Assembly: GCA_004524445.1 (NCBI GenBank)
Contig: SDNP01000006.1
Location: 1 to 64,000, forward strand
From: Candidatus Thorarchaeota archaeon
GTDB taxonomy: Archaea; Asgardarchaeota; Thorarchaeia; Thorarchaeales; Thorarchaeaceae
Direction of reading: 5' to 3'
Length of the DNA stretch: 64,000 nucleotides
Below the pieces are notes generated by a model. It did no database searches, was not told the origin of the DNA, and saw only the letters and a program-made list of their open reading frames with translations. The position numbers and the translations under genes are program-made. Of the stretch, positions 21,388-30,763 are shown piece by piece (position 1 is the stretch's first letter; every line of letters begins with the position of its first letter).

Positions 21388-21635
21388 GATTTCAATAATC
21401 ACATGCCGCCTTTTTAGAATGTGCCATGGCGTCATACAACTGTTCACGGTGTTTATAATCGCACACCAGCCACTATTCACCACGAAGCCGGCTAGCTACG
21501 GGAAAACATTATAGGATAGCAGAAAAACGACTAAAAGGCAGAAACCCCTGATTTGCATATTCAGGGCAAATATTATCAATCCTCATAATAGTGGGGCATT
21601 CAGCCGGGAATAGAGTGCACAATGGAGTGACCTAA

Positions 21636-23591
21636 TTGAGTCCATCAACTGACAAAACAACCAAAGCATCATCAGGCGACATAAAACAAGGAACCATCGC
21701 CAAGTTCATGCGCAAGAGAACGCAGCTAGTGGGCTTTGAAACTGGTCTTAACAAACATACTCAGTATGCCATTGAATTCCTCGATAATGCAATTGATGCC
21801 TTGGAGAGTTGGTGGTGGCGGACTAAACGGAAGCCCAGAATTCCCGACCAATTAGATCCGGAGCTTGTTGAAGAGATAAAGGAGAATTTAGTTGGGAAGA
21901 TTTCAGATACCATCAGCGAAAGCAAGGAGTTGGAGAAAAAAGTTCGCGCTGGGAAGGAGGTTGAGATTCCTCCTCGGCAGGATGAATCGTTAGATGACAA
22001 AGTCGACCGCTTCAAGAAATTCATAAAACCATTTAGAAAACTCATCCGAAAACGCGAGCCTCTGGTCGTAATGCAACTCAAAGAGATTCAGATGCCAGAC
22101 CTTGTGCCAATCGATGACGAAGATGGCTTCAAAGTCTATGAATTCACGGTTTTTGATTCTGGTATTGGAATGGTGCCATCAGACTTGGAGAAATTCGGAA
22201 TCTATCTTGCATCAAGCAAGTCCGAGAAATTGAGACAGACTAGAGGTAGTCAAGGATTTGGAGCACCATCTGCATTCAGTGATGCTCAGAATACTACAGG
22301 CAAGCCCATATTCACGATAACGAAGCGATATACAGCAGACAAGGCCACCGCAGCAGATTTCTACACAACTACTGCAAATACAAAGGACTATGTCGCTGGG
22401 CCAAAGCAAATGAAACTACCTTTCAAACAAGGCACCTACATTCGGCTACACTATCTTAACATCCAGTATAGGCGAGGCTATGCAGACATTTATGCAGAGA
22501 TGGCATCTTTACTGAATGCACATGTAACCATTGTATTCATTGATCCTTACGGTGAGGTCCATATCTATCCCCGTAGAGTAAAGCAATTCCCTGATGAACC
22601 AAAATATGCGCAACCTCATCCGGCAAGTATAAGAATTGGCGAATTCCAGGATTTGCTCAGAGAAACTGACCAGACATATGTCAAGGGGTTTCTAACGAAA
22701 GCTTTCGTGAGACTGAGCGGTAACAAGGCAGAGTCCATTATCAAGGCAACAAATGAAGAGCTTAAGAGTCGTGGATTACCCAAGATTGGTGGTCGCACAA
22801 AAACTAACAAACTGACAAAAGACCACGTTGAGCTTTTGTATCGTGCATTTTCTGCTGAAGATTATTACGCACCTCCCACTGATACAGTCGTTCCTGTTGG
22901 AGAAGAGGTTTTTGAGCAGACCATACAAATGGCATATGAGCCCGATTTCACTGCGTCGGTCACTCGAAAGCCTACCTCCGGCAAGGGTCTATCATTCGCC
23001 GTTGAGGTGTGTATTGCATATGGTGGCGAAATAAAACCGGCGACATCTGCCCCCATGGTACTTTGGAGATTTGTAAATCGAGTTCCAAAATTGCGTGACA
23101 ACAGCGATTGTGCCACTTGGAAGGCAACAGCCATGGTCAACTGGAAGAACTACAAGCTTGATACATTTGACAATGGCATTCCAAAGGGGTCTGTTATGGT
23201 GTTTATCCATGTCTGCGGAGCTTATGTCCATGTTATGTTCAAAGGTCAGAGTAAGCAAGCACTGGCCGAAGATGAAGTCCTGCTGAAAGAAATTAAACTT
23301 GCACTGGAAGAAGCAGGCCGGAAGTTCAGGCGATTCATAACAAAGAAAGAACGCGCAAGGAGAAAGGCGAAGCGGGCCGGCATACTTGCGATGTATGCGG
23401 ACCAATTTGCAGAGAGTCTAACAACAATCGCAAATGGCGGACTTGGCAAGAAAAAGTATGACGCTGAGCAGGTCGCAAGTAAGATTCGTGATGCGATCAC
23501 AGGTTTCGAAACAGAAGACGACCAAAAAGAAACAGAAACAGATACTGAGGGTAGTGACCTCGTTGCTGATGTTCCGTTAGATGATGAATAG
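21636..23591 (+). CDS. top6B: DNA topoisomerase VI subunit B
   Basis: GHKL motifs EFLDNAIDA, DSGIGM and TRGSQGFG; RFVNRVP; FKGQSK transducer; adjacent to top6A. Confidence 0.92.
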   Translation: MSPSTDKTTKASSGDIKQGTIAKFMRKRTQLVGFETGLNKHTQYAIEFLDNAIDALESWWWRTKRKPRIPDQLDPELVEEIKENLVGKISDTISESKELEKKVRAGKEVEIPPRQDESLDDKVDRFKKFIKPFRKLIRKREPLVVMQLKEIQMPDLVPIDDEDGFKVYEFTVFDSGIGMVPSDLEKFGIYLASSKSEKLRQTRGSQGFGAPSAFSDAQNTTGKPIFTITKRYTADKATAADFYTTTANTKDYVAGPKQMKLPFKQGTYIRLHYLNIQYRRGYADIYAEMASLLNAHVTIVFIDPYGEVHIYPRRVKQFPDEPKYAQPHPASIRIGEFQDLLRETDQTYVKGFLTKAFVRLSGNKAESIIKATNEELKSRGLPKIGGRTKTNKLTKDHVELLYRAFSAEDYYAPPTDTVVPVGEEVFEQTIQMAYEPDFTASVTRKPTSGKGLSFAVEVCIAYGGEIKPATSAPMVLWRFVNRVPKLRDNSDCATWKATAMVNWKNYKLDTFDNGIPKGSVMVFIHVCGAYVHVMFKGQSKQALAEDEVLLKEIKLALEEAGRKFRRFITKKERARRKAKRAGILAMYADQFAESLTTIANGGLGKKKYDAEQVASKIRDAITGFETEDDQKETETDTEGSDLVADVPLDDE

Positions 23592-23620
23592 ATGCATGAT
23601 GTTTCGGGGAAGTGTAGATC

Positions 23621-25951
23621 TTGGCTAGAAAGAAATCAACCAAGACGAAGAGTGTGCAGACAACGCTGGGCGAGCATGAAGAGCCCGCGAAAGACAAAGA
23701 CATCAAGAAGAAGGAAGATGCCGGCAAAAAAACAACTCGGAGAAGGAAGAAGATGCCCCACAAGAAGAAATCGACACAAAATAAGAAGAGCAAGAAGGTC
23801 AAAGATGCAGGCCTTTCACAACTTAAAGAGATACCCGGAGTGGGCCCAACGCTTGCATCAAGATTAGCTGAATCCGGATATTCATCCATAGAGACAATCT
23901 CCAAGACCAAACCAACAACTCTTGCAAAGAAGGTTGAAGGACTTGGGAAAAAGGGGGCCTCTGATCTTGTGGATAAGGCGAAGACAATCTCCAGGAAAAT
24001 GAGCAAACCCAAAGAACTCGGTTTCAAGAATCTGCCTGGCGTTGGAGAAACACTGGAAACTAGGCTATATGTTGCTGGATATGATTCAATCGAAAAGATC
24101 TCTCAAGCCTCCGCAGCTAAATTAGCGAGAGAGATTGAAGGGCTAGGTAAGAAGGGCGCCTCAGAATTACTATCTGAAGCCAAGAAATATGTAACGCAGC
24201 AACAGGCGAAGAAGAAGAAGAAGAAGAAGAAACTGCCGAAGGACCTGAATCTGCGAAAGCTTTCGGGAGTTGGAAAGAAACTTGAGAGTCGGCTTTTTGA
24301 AGCTGGATATGATTCAATCGAGAAGGTCGCCAAAGCATCGCCTTCAAAATTATCCTCTGAAGTAGAAGGGCTAGGTGAGAAAGGCGCCCAGGATTTGGTG
24401 GCTGATGCCAAGAAGAAAGCTCCCACCAAACCCAAAGCACCCACGAAACAGAAGAAGAAAGATATTCCAAGTGTGAAGCTCACTAGTATTCCAGGTATTG
24501 GCTCCAAAACCGCCGCCAGTCTGAAAAATGCAGGTTATGATTCACTGCAACAAATTGCTGACTCAGATCCTAAAGATATAGCAAAAGAAGTTGATGGGGT
24601 CGGAAAGAAAGGGGCCAAAAAATTAGTAGAAGTTGTAGCAGATATAATTCCTGAGCTCGAAAGCATAGCAGAACCAATTGCTACTAAAGCCAGACCTGCA
24701 AAGCGTCGTAAGTCTGGACGTAGGGCTATGAAACGATTCAAGGTAAAGCGTACAAAATCAGGTCTGCCAGTTCCTAAGAAGGTTAAACAAGTAACCAAGG
24801 AAATGAGGGCACACTGGAAAGAGATAGACAAGCGAGAAGAGGAGGGAGAACTCATTGATGAAGATTTGCCAGATACAATGGAAGTTGTTGCTCTTACGGG
24901 TGATGAAACCAAAGAAGAACTGGCCAATGTGGCAATTGAGGTTCTCAATGAAGCGCTGACAACAGGAAGACCTGCATTTGAAATTCCAAGCAGGTCCAGT
25001 GATAATATAGTATGGGACGAATTTAGAGACCTTCTTTTACTGGGCACCAAGACCATCTCCAGACCATATCATTCACTAGGCTCCGTTGTTGATGCGACGA
25101 GGACAGCACGACTGATGGAAATAGTCTACCGTCTTCTTGATGAAAATCTTCACGCAACAAAACGAGAGGTATTCTATAGTGATGTGAATCTCTTCAGAGA
25201 TCAACGATATAGTGACAAGCTCATTGAAGATGTGGCTTCTATGCTTCATACCACTCGGGATAGTATTCATGTAGTTGCATCTGCGAGAGGGTCTGCTTTG
25301 GGTCGTGTTACTATACGCGACGGAGGCGACTTGATAGACCTAACCAGAATGGGGACGGGGGGATGGTCAATCACACCATTTCTGGACCAAGTTGAAATAG
25401 TTGAAAGCGACGCAGAATTCATAATCGTATCAGAAAAAGACGCTGCTGTAATGCGTCTTGCAGAGGCGAAATACTGGAACCGACAACCATGTATTGTCAT
25501 AACTGGAAAGGGTTCCGGTGACATTGCGACCCGTGCGTTCCTGAAGATGCTGGTGAGAGAACTTGAAATCCCCGCATTTGCACTCATGGATTCGGATCCG
25601 TATGGACACTATATTTACTCAGTTTTCTTAAGAGGCTCTAAGCGTCTTAGCTATGAGTCTCCATTCATCGCCACTCCGGAGCTTAAGCTACTTGGTGTAT
25701 TGAGCAGAGACCTTGACCGTTTTGAAATTCCGAAGAGCGTTCGAATCCCAATGGAAGATTCTGACATTAAGAGGGTCAAAGAAATGCTGAAGGAACCCTT
25801 TGTCCAGAAGAACAAGGAATGGGTCAAGGACTTGGAGCTAATGTTAAAAATCAAGGAGAAAGCAGAGATTCAAGCCTTCGCCAGCCATTCGTTCAAGTAC
25901 CTTACGGACGAGTATCTGCCCACAAAGCTAGAAACTGGTGATTGGATCTAA
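23621..25951 (+). CDS. top6A: DNA topoisomerase VI subunit A (Spo11 family) with a long N-terminal extension of four (HhH)2 repeats
   Basis: TKREVFY catalytic Tyr, Toprim motifs SEKDA and DSDPYG, KAEIQAF; four N-terminal L..(I/L)xG(V/I)G...GY.S repeats. Confidence 0.92.
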   Translation: MARKKSTKTKSVQTTLGEHEEPAKDKDIKKKEDAGKKTTRRRKKMPHKKKSTQNKKSKKVKDAGLSQLKEIPGVGPTLASRLAESGYSSIETISKTKPTTLAKKVEGLGKKGASDLVDKAKTISRKMSKPKELGFKNLPGVGETLETRLYVAGYDSIEKISQASAAKLAREIEGLGKKGASELLSEAKKYVTQQQAKKKKKKKKLPKDLNLRKLSGVGKKLESRLFEAGYDSIEKVAKASPSKLSSEVEGLGEKGAQDLVADAKKKAPTKPKAPTKQKKKDIPSVKLTSIPGIGSKTAASLKNAGYDSLQQIADSDPKDIAKEVDGVGKKGAKKLVEVVADIIPELESIAEPIATKARPAKRRKSGRRAMKRFKVKRTKSGLPVPKKVKQVTKEMRAHWKEIDKREEEGELIDEDLPDTMEVVALTGDETKEELANVAIEVLNEALTTGRPAFEIPSRSSDNIVWDEFRDLLLLGTKTISRPYHSLGSVVDATRTARLMEIVYRLLDENLHATKREVFYSDVNLFRDQRYSDKLIEDVASMLHTTRDSIHVVASARGSALGRVTIRDGGDLIDLTRMGTGGWSITPFLDQVEIVESDAEFIIVSEKDAAVMRLAEAKYWNRQPCIVITGKGSGDIATRAFLKMLVRELEIPAFALMDSDPYGHYIYSVFLRGSKRLSYESPFIATPELKLLGVLSRDLDRFEIPKSVRIPMEDSDIKRVKEMLKEPFVQKNKEWVKDLELMLKIKEKAEIQAFASHSFKYLTDEYLPTKLETGDWI

Positions 25952-26098
25952 CTGCTGAAAAAATCCGGCAGAATGCAGTCCACCTATAAAGGCAACATCC
26001 AAATTCGGTTACTGCGGTTTTCAATTACCATACTGCAACATCCTTAAGTAGTCCAGCACATCTACACTATAGTGAATTTCTAATGAGTGTAGGGTGTC

Positions 26099-27052
26099 AT
26101 GCCCACAAGCTGGTGGAACAAAATGATTGAGTCATGCGTTGGCATCCCCGTGATTGATGCACATGCCCATTTTATGACAAGAAGCACTGTTCAATCGATA
26201 GTTGAGAATTCACAATCAATCAGTAAGATTCGCGAAAGAGTGTCATCTCATACTGACATGAAGGAGTTTCAAATGCCTGGCAAAGACTGGGATATTGGTG
26301 AGGCATGGATCAAAGAGCTCAACAAATATGGGATAACTGCGATTGGGATGATGGTGGGGGAGGAGTCATGGGAAGAATTCAATCAGGTTCGTAAGAGGTA
26401 TCCCGGCAGATTTATGGGAAATGCAAATATCAATCCTGCTAAGGATAATGCTATTGAGCTTGTGAAACGTGCCGGCCGAGATAACTTCCAAGCGATAAAG
26501 CTCTATCCAACGTCATGGGACTTCCATGCATATGATGAAATTGTATACCCCATTTACGAAGAAGCCCTAAAACAAGGTCTTCTTGTTATGCTTCACTTCG
26601 GTATCACAATTGGATCAACAGCAAATCTCAGATATGGAAATCCGCTTGATATACAGAAACCTGCTCATGATTTTCCAGATCTCAATTTTATGATTGCTCA
26701 CTTTGGTGCAGGATTCTTCCGAGAGGTTCTGCTGCTAATGTATCAAACAGAAAACGTGTTCATGGATACTAGCGGTAGTAACTCTTGGATGAAGTATCTT
26801 CCATACGATTTGTCACTTACGAAAATATTTGAGAAGGCACTGAAAGCTGGAGGACCGAATCGTATTGTATTTGGAACGGACTCGTCTTTCTTTCCAAGAG
26901 GTTTTAGAATAAACATTCTTGAAGATCAATACGCTGCTGTTAGTTCTATTTGTCCTCAATTCTGTTATTCGCCGGATGATGTGGACAAAATTTTCAGAAC
27001 CAATATCTTAAGACTCAACAAATTTGAACCAGCTTCTGAGATATCAAAATAA
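26099..27052 (+). CDS. Amidohydrolase family protein (Amidohydro_2)
   Basis: IDAHAH, KLYP, LHFG, AHFG, DTS and FGTDS motifs. Confidence 0.9.
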   Translation: MPTSWWNKMIESCVGIPVIDAHAHFMTRSTVQSIVENSQSISKIRERVSSHTDMKEFQMPGKDWDIGEAWIKELNKYGITAIGMMVGEESWEEFNQVRKRYPGRFMGNANINPAKDNAIELVKRAGRDNFQAIKLYPTSWDFHAYDEIVYPIYEEALKQGLLVMLHFGITIGSTANLRYGNPLDIQKPAHDFPDLNFMIAHFGAGFFREVLLLMYQTENVFMDTSGSNSWMKYLPYDLSLTKIFEKALKAGGPNRIVFGTDSSFFPRGFRINILEDQYAAVSSICPQFCYSPDDVDKIFRTNILRLNKFEPASEISK

Positions 27053-27071
27053 AAGCAAAAGGAGTCTCAAG

Positions 27072-28280
27072 TCAGGCTTTCCTGATTTTCTTTTCGAGAC
27101 CTCGGAGTTTCTTGCTATTCCCACCTTCCTTGTACTTCTCAGCAGCCTCTTGATATGTAGCTAATGCCTCTCGAGTTCTGTCTTGCTTGGCCAACTCATC
27201 TGCTTTATCCTCCAAATCCTCTCCCCAATCAACATAACATTCACGAGCTTTCTCAGCTGACTTCGCACGCATCTTCTTGTCTGTCGTCAACATGTAGATT
27301 TCTCTAGCTTTCTTATATTGTACTATCGCCCATTCATACTGCCCTGCTTTCTTATGGTCTTCTGCTTGGTCGAAATGAAATTCGGCCATCTTTTCATATG
27401 CTTCATCGATTTTCTTGATGGACTCTTTGATCATCTTTTCATTGGATGCTTGTTCAGCGAGCTTCTTCGCTTTTTCAAACTGCTCGATTGCGAATTCATG
27501 TTCATTTTCATCCACTTTCTGCTCGCCAAATTCAGTACGTGCTTTTGCCATCGCTTCGTAGACATAGAATGGATAGTCGAAATCATCGTCAGATAAAGCA
27601 AAGCCGCAGTTTGGACATGAGGGGGTGTCGAGTTCCTTCATCTCGTCAGGGGCCTTGATCTCTTCTGGCTTGCCCACTACTCGTTCAACAAAGTCTGGAC
27701 TTGTTTCGCCTCGGCCTTTGGGAAAGAGGTGCTCAACAGCCTTTTCTTTTTCTATGGATCTGATCGGCTTGGCCGGCTTGATTTCGGGAGGTGTTACCTC
27801 TTTGAAAGGCATTCCCTCCTTGACATCATCCGCCTCTATCTCTGGAATTTCCCAAGACATACCTGACTCGGGTTCAGTCTGGCCGCTCTGCGCCACATCC
27901 GCTTCTTGAGCATTTCTACTGGGTCTATCAGTTTGTTCTTCCTCATCGGACATACCCTCTCTATGCCCTTCTGTTTCTTTCTTCCATACCAAGTCATCAG
28001 GAGGCAATTCTTCTTCGATATCCTCTTCCTGCAAGGGCTCTAGTGCTGATTTTTCAAGATTTGGCATATCGGCATCATTTTCGTCTTCTTCTGAAGTAAT
28101 GTCAATGCGTGTAAAGCCCTTTTCCTCTGCCTTCTGCTTTGCATGAGCAAGTTCTCTTTTCATGATATCCTCAGGAGTTTCATTGTTGGGTGCAGTTAGT
28201 CTAGCTCCACAATTCATACAAAATGTGGATCCTTTTCCAACTCTTTTTCCGCACTCGGGACACTCAGTTGTTTTGTCCAT
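27072..28280 (-). CDS. Zinc-ribbon protein with acidic linker and C-terminal TPR-like helical repeats
   Basis: CPECG..CMNCG, E/P-rich linker, CPNCG, repeats of the type A..Q(Y/F)(E/K)KA. Confidence 0.75.
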   Translation of the reverse strand: MDKTTECPECGKRVGKGSTFCMNCGARLTAPNNETPEDIMKRELAHAKQKAEEKGFTRIDITSEEDENDADMPNLEKSALEPLQEEDIEEELPPDDLVWKKETEGHREGMSDEEEQTDRPSRNAQEADVAQSGQTEPESGMSWEIPEIEADDVKEGMPFKEVTPPEIKPAKPIRSIEKEKAVEHLFPKGRGETSPDFVERVVGKPEEIKAPDEMKELDTPSCPNCGFALSDDDFDYPFYVYEAMAKARTEFGEQKVDENEHEFAIEQFEKAKKLAEQASNEKMIKESIKKIDEAYEKMAEFHFDQAEDHKKAGQYEWAIVQYKKAREIYMLTTDKKMRAKSAEKARECYVDWGEDLEDKADELAKQDRTREALATYQEAAEKYKEGGNSKKLRGLEKKIRKA

Positions 28281-28405
28281 GTTGAGAACATCTCTTTCAT
28301 TTGAACGGCAGGGGGTAACCCGACTCAGCTTATCACAGTCCTAATCTCTGAGCTTTGCTATATGAACAAAGCTCGTATCATCTATTTCTAGAGAATTTAG
28401 ACCAC

Positions 28406-29047
28406 TCAATATACCACCATTGGAAGAAAGTAATAAGTAAGGATGGTGATTGCGGTTGCCAAAAGAACTCCGCTGATGGACTCTCTTAGCGTATGTTGTC
28501 TCAAAATAGTCCGTGACCAGATAACCAAAATCCACACAACTAGAACGGGGGAGGCTAAGAGACCGTATTCGATAATAAGTGCAGTTCCAGGGCCTCCAAC
28601 TCCAGCACCATGAACTGATACTTTGGAAATCCGATTGACCAGCATTACCCCCACTGTTACCGTAATATATGCTGCAGAGAGATATTGCATGATGTCTGCA
28701 TTCAGAACAGAATAGATCGAGAATGCAATCAAATAGAAGAATATGGCAAATGCAAAGAACTTAGTCCTAACTTCCTGTTGAGAAACATCTAGGTCTACAT
28801 TGCCCCTGTATGCCTCGATGATGATTGGCATCACGGGAAGAATAACCATGAATATCAGGCAAACTAGGATTGATGCGGAGGAAGTCAATACCGGCCCAAG
28901 TCTATTTGAAGAAGCAATTGACATAATGGTACCAACAACCAGATTGATGATAGGGGCAGGAGTGACTCGCGAGATGGCACGTGCCAGAGTCACTCTTCTT
29001 CCCGATATATCAAGTGATTCGTCACCATATTTCACTAGAAACCACAT
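28406..29047 (-). CDS. PAP2-like integral membrane protein
   Basis: About 6 TMs, KVSVH and WSR.IL..HT motifs. Confidence 0.65.
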   Translation of the reverse strand: MWFLVKYGDESLDISGRRVTLARAISRVTPAPIINLVVGTIMSIASSNRLGPVLTSSASILVCLIFMVILPVMPIIIEAYRGNVDLDVSQQEVRTKFFAFAIFFYLIAFSIYSVLNADIMQYLSAAYITVTVGVMLVNRISKVSVHGAGVGGPGTALIIEYGLLASPVLVVWILVIWSRTILRQHTLRESISGVLLATAITILTYYFLPMVVY

Positions 29048-29187
29048 TCCTTTTCGATGCCAATATGGCAGTAGGGGTTTAATCTATCTCTTTTTTCAGC
29101 ATATCTGGGCGGGGTAATCATCGCCAAAAGGCTTTTGTTGAGTCCAAGCTTTTCATAGTAACACGGAGCTCAGAGAAACTCCTATGG

Positions 29188-29508
29188 ATGTGCTACCACA
29201 TGCCTGCAATGCCCAAACGTGAAGTCTTTGAACGGATTATTCAGAATATAACGAACAAATTTCCAGATATCTATGCAGCACTATTCATCAGCCCTGAGGG
29301 ATTTCCCATAAATACATGGGGAGTGTCTCTGGAGCGAGCAGAAGAGATTTCTGCTCTATTGAGTTCATTGATTGGAAAAACGAAGGAAATAATCCGTCAG
29401 GTGAAAGAGGGTGGCGAGCTTCAGTTCATTCAGATACAAACCAACGTCGGCGGAATTAGGATTGCTCCCCAAGAGGAATTCATTCTTGTCACGTTAACAA
29501 AGTCATAG
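29188..29508 (+). CDS. Roadblock/LC7 domain protein
   Basis: ALFISPEGFPI, ISALLSSL and LQFIQIQT..G..LVTLT roadblock fold pattern. Confidence 0.85.
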   Translation: MCYHMPAMPKREVFERIIQNITNKFPDIYAALFISPEGFPINTWGVSLERAEEISALLSSLIGKTKEIIRQVKEGGELQFIQIQTNVGGIRIAPQEEFILVTLTKS

Positions 29509-29703
29509 TATCAGACTCTCTTCATGTAACTGGATAGAGAATGCAGAGCATGCTTTTCCTTGGCGAAATAGGTAATGCATATCAATTTCTAACTCGGAGT
29601 GCCCGTTAGTGCCATTTTTATACCCAGTGTTACGACTACAATAAGACGGGATGCTTGGGTATACATTACTGATATCCGCGAGCACTCGAGGGAGGTCAAT
29701 TAG

Positions 29704-30729
29704 ATGTCACCAAAAAAAGATGAGAACGACGAGGAAGATGTCGATTACGAGGAATTTGAGGAAGAAGATGAGGAAATAGATGATGAATTACCTGATTACG
29801 AGCTCACAGATCTTCCCGGTGTTGGTCCTGCAATAGGAAAACGATTGGTAGAGGCTGGATTCAAGAGTGTGGAGGCGATTGCAGTTGCTTCACCCGGTGA
29901 ACTAGCAGCTGCTGGCTCAATAGGCGAAACTACTGCAACGAAGATTATCAAGGCCGCCCGTGAGATGCTTGACATCGGGTTTGAAACAGCAGACTTGTTA
30001 CTCGAGCGCAGACAGACTGCAGGGAGAATTACAACTGGCTGTAAAGCTCTGGATGATCTTTTTGGCGGTGGTATTGAAACACAAGCGATTACTGAAATGT
30101 ATGGTTCATTCCGGTCCGGAAAAACACAAATGGCTCATCAACTAGCGGTAAATATTCAGTTGCCTCCGGGGGAGGGCGGTCTCTCAGCAACGGCGATTTA
30201 TGTAGACACAGAAGGAACTTTCAGACCTGAGAGGCTTGTTGACATGGCAGAGCATCTAGGTCTTGATACGGAGGCAGTTTTGAAGAATGTGGTTTGGGCA
30301 CGAGCCTACAATTCCGACCATCAAATCCTTTTATGTGATCAAGCAATGGAGATGGCTCCTGAAACGAACGCAAAACTTTTGGTTGTAGACTCTGTGACCA
30401 GTCATTTTCGGGCAGAGTACACGGGAAGAGGAACCTTAGCTGCAAGGCAGCAAAAACTCAACAAACATCTACATCATCTCCAGCGCGGTGCAGAGGTAAA
30501 TAATATGGCAGTGTACATTACTAATCAGGTAATGGCCCGACCAGATGCATTTTTCGGTGATCCAACTACCCCTGTCGGCGGCCACGTTCTAGCTCATGTT
30601 CCCCAAACTCGATGCTATCTACGAAAATCAAAAGGGGAACGAAGAATATGTCGTCTTGTGGATTCTCCACATCTACCAGAGGGTGAAGCAGTATTCACCA
30701 TTACTAAGGAAGGAATCCAGGACGTATAA
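29704..30729 (+). CDS. radA: DNA repair and recombination protein RadA
   Basis: N-terminal Hh[10 protein letters not shown] Walker [24 protein letters not shown]. Confidence 0.97.
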   Translation: MSPKKDENDEEDVDYEEFEEEDEEIDDELPDYELTDLPGVGPAIGKRLVEAGFKSVEAIAVASPGELAAAGSIGETTATKIIKAAREMLDIGFETADLLLERRQTAGRITTGCKALDDLFGGGIETQAITEMYGSFRSGKTQMAHQLAVNIQLPPGEGGLSATAIYVDTEGTFRPERLVDMAEHLGLDTEAVLKNVVWARAYNSDHQILLCDQAMEMAPETNAKLLVVDSVTSHFRAEYTGRGTLAARQQKLNKHLHHLQRGAEVNNMAVYITNQVMARPDAFFGDPTTPVGGHVLAHVPQTRCYLRKSKGERRICRLVDSPHLPEGEAVFTITKEGIQDV

Positions 30730-30763
30730 GCAGCGAAGCCCCCCACCAAAGGGGCATTCTCTC

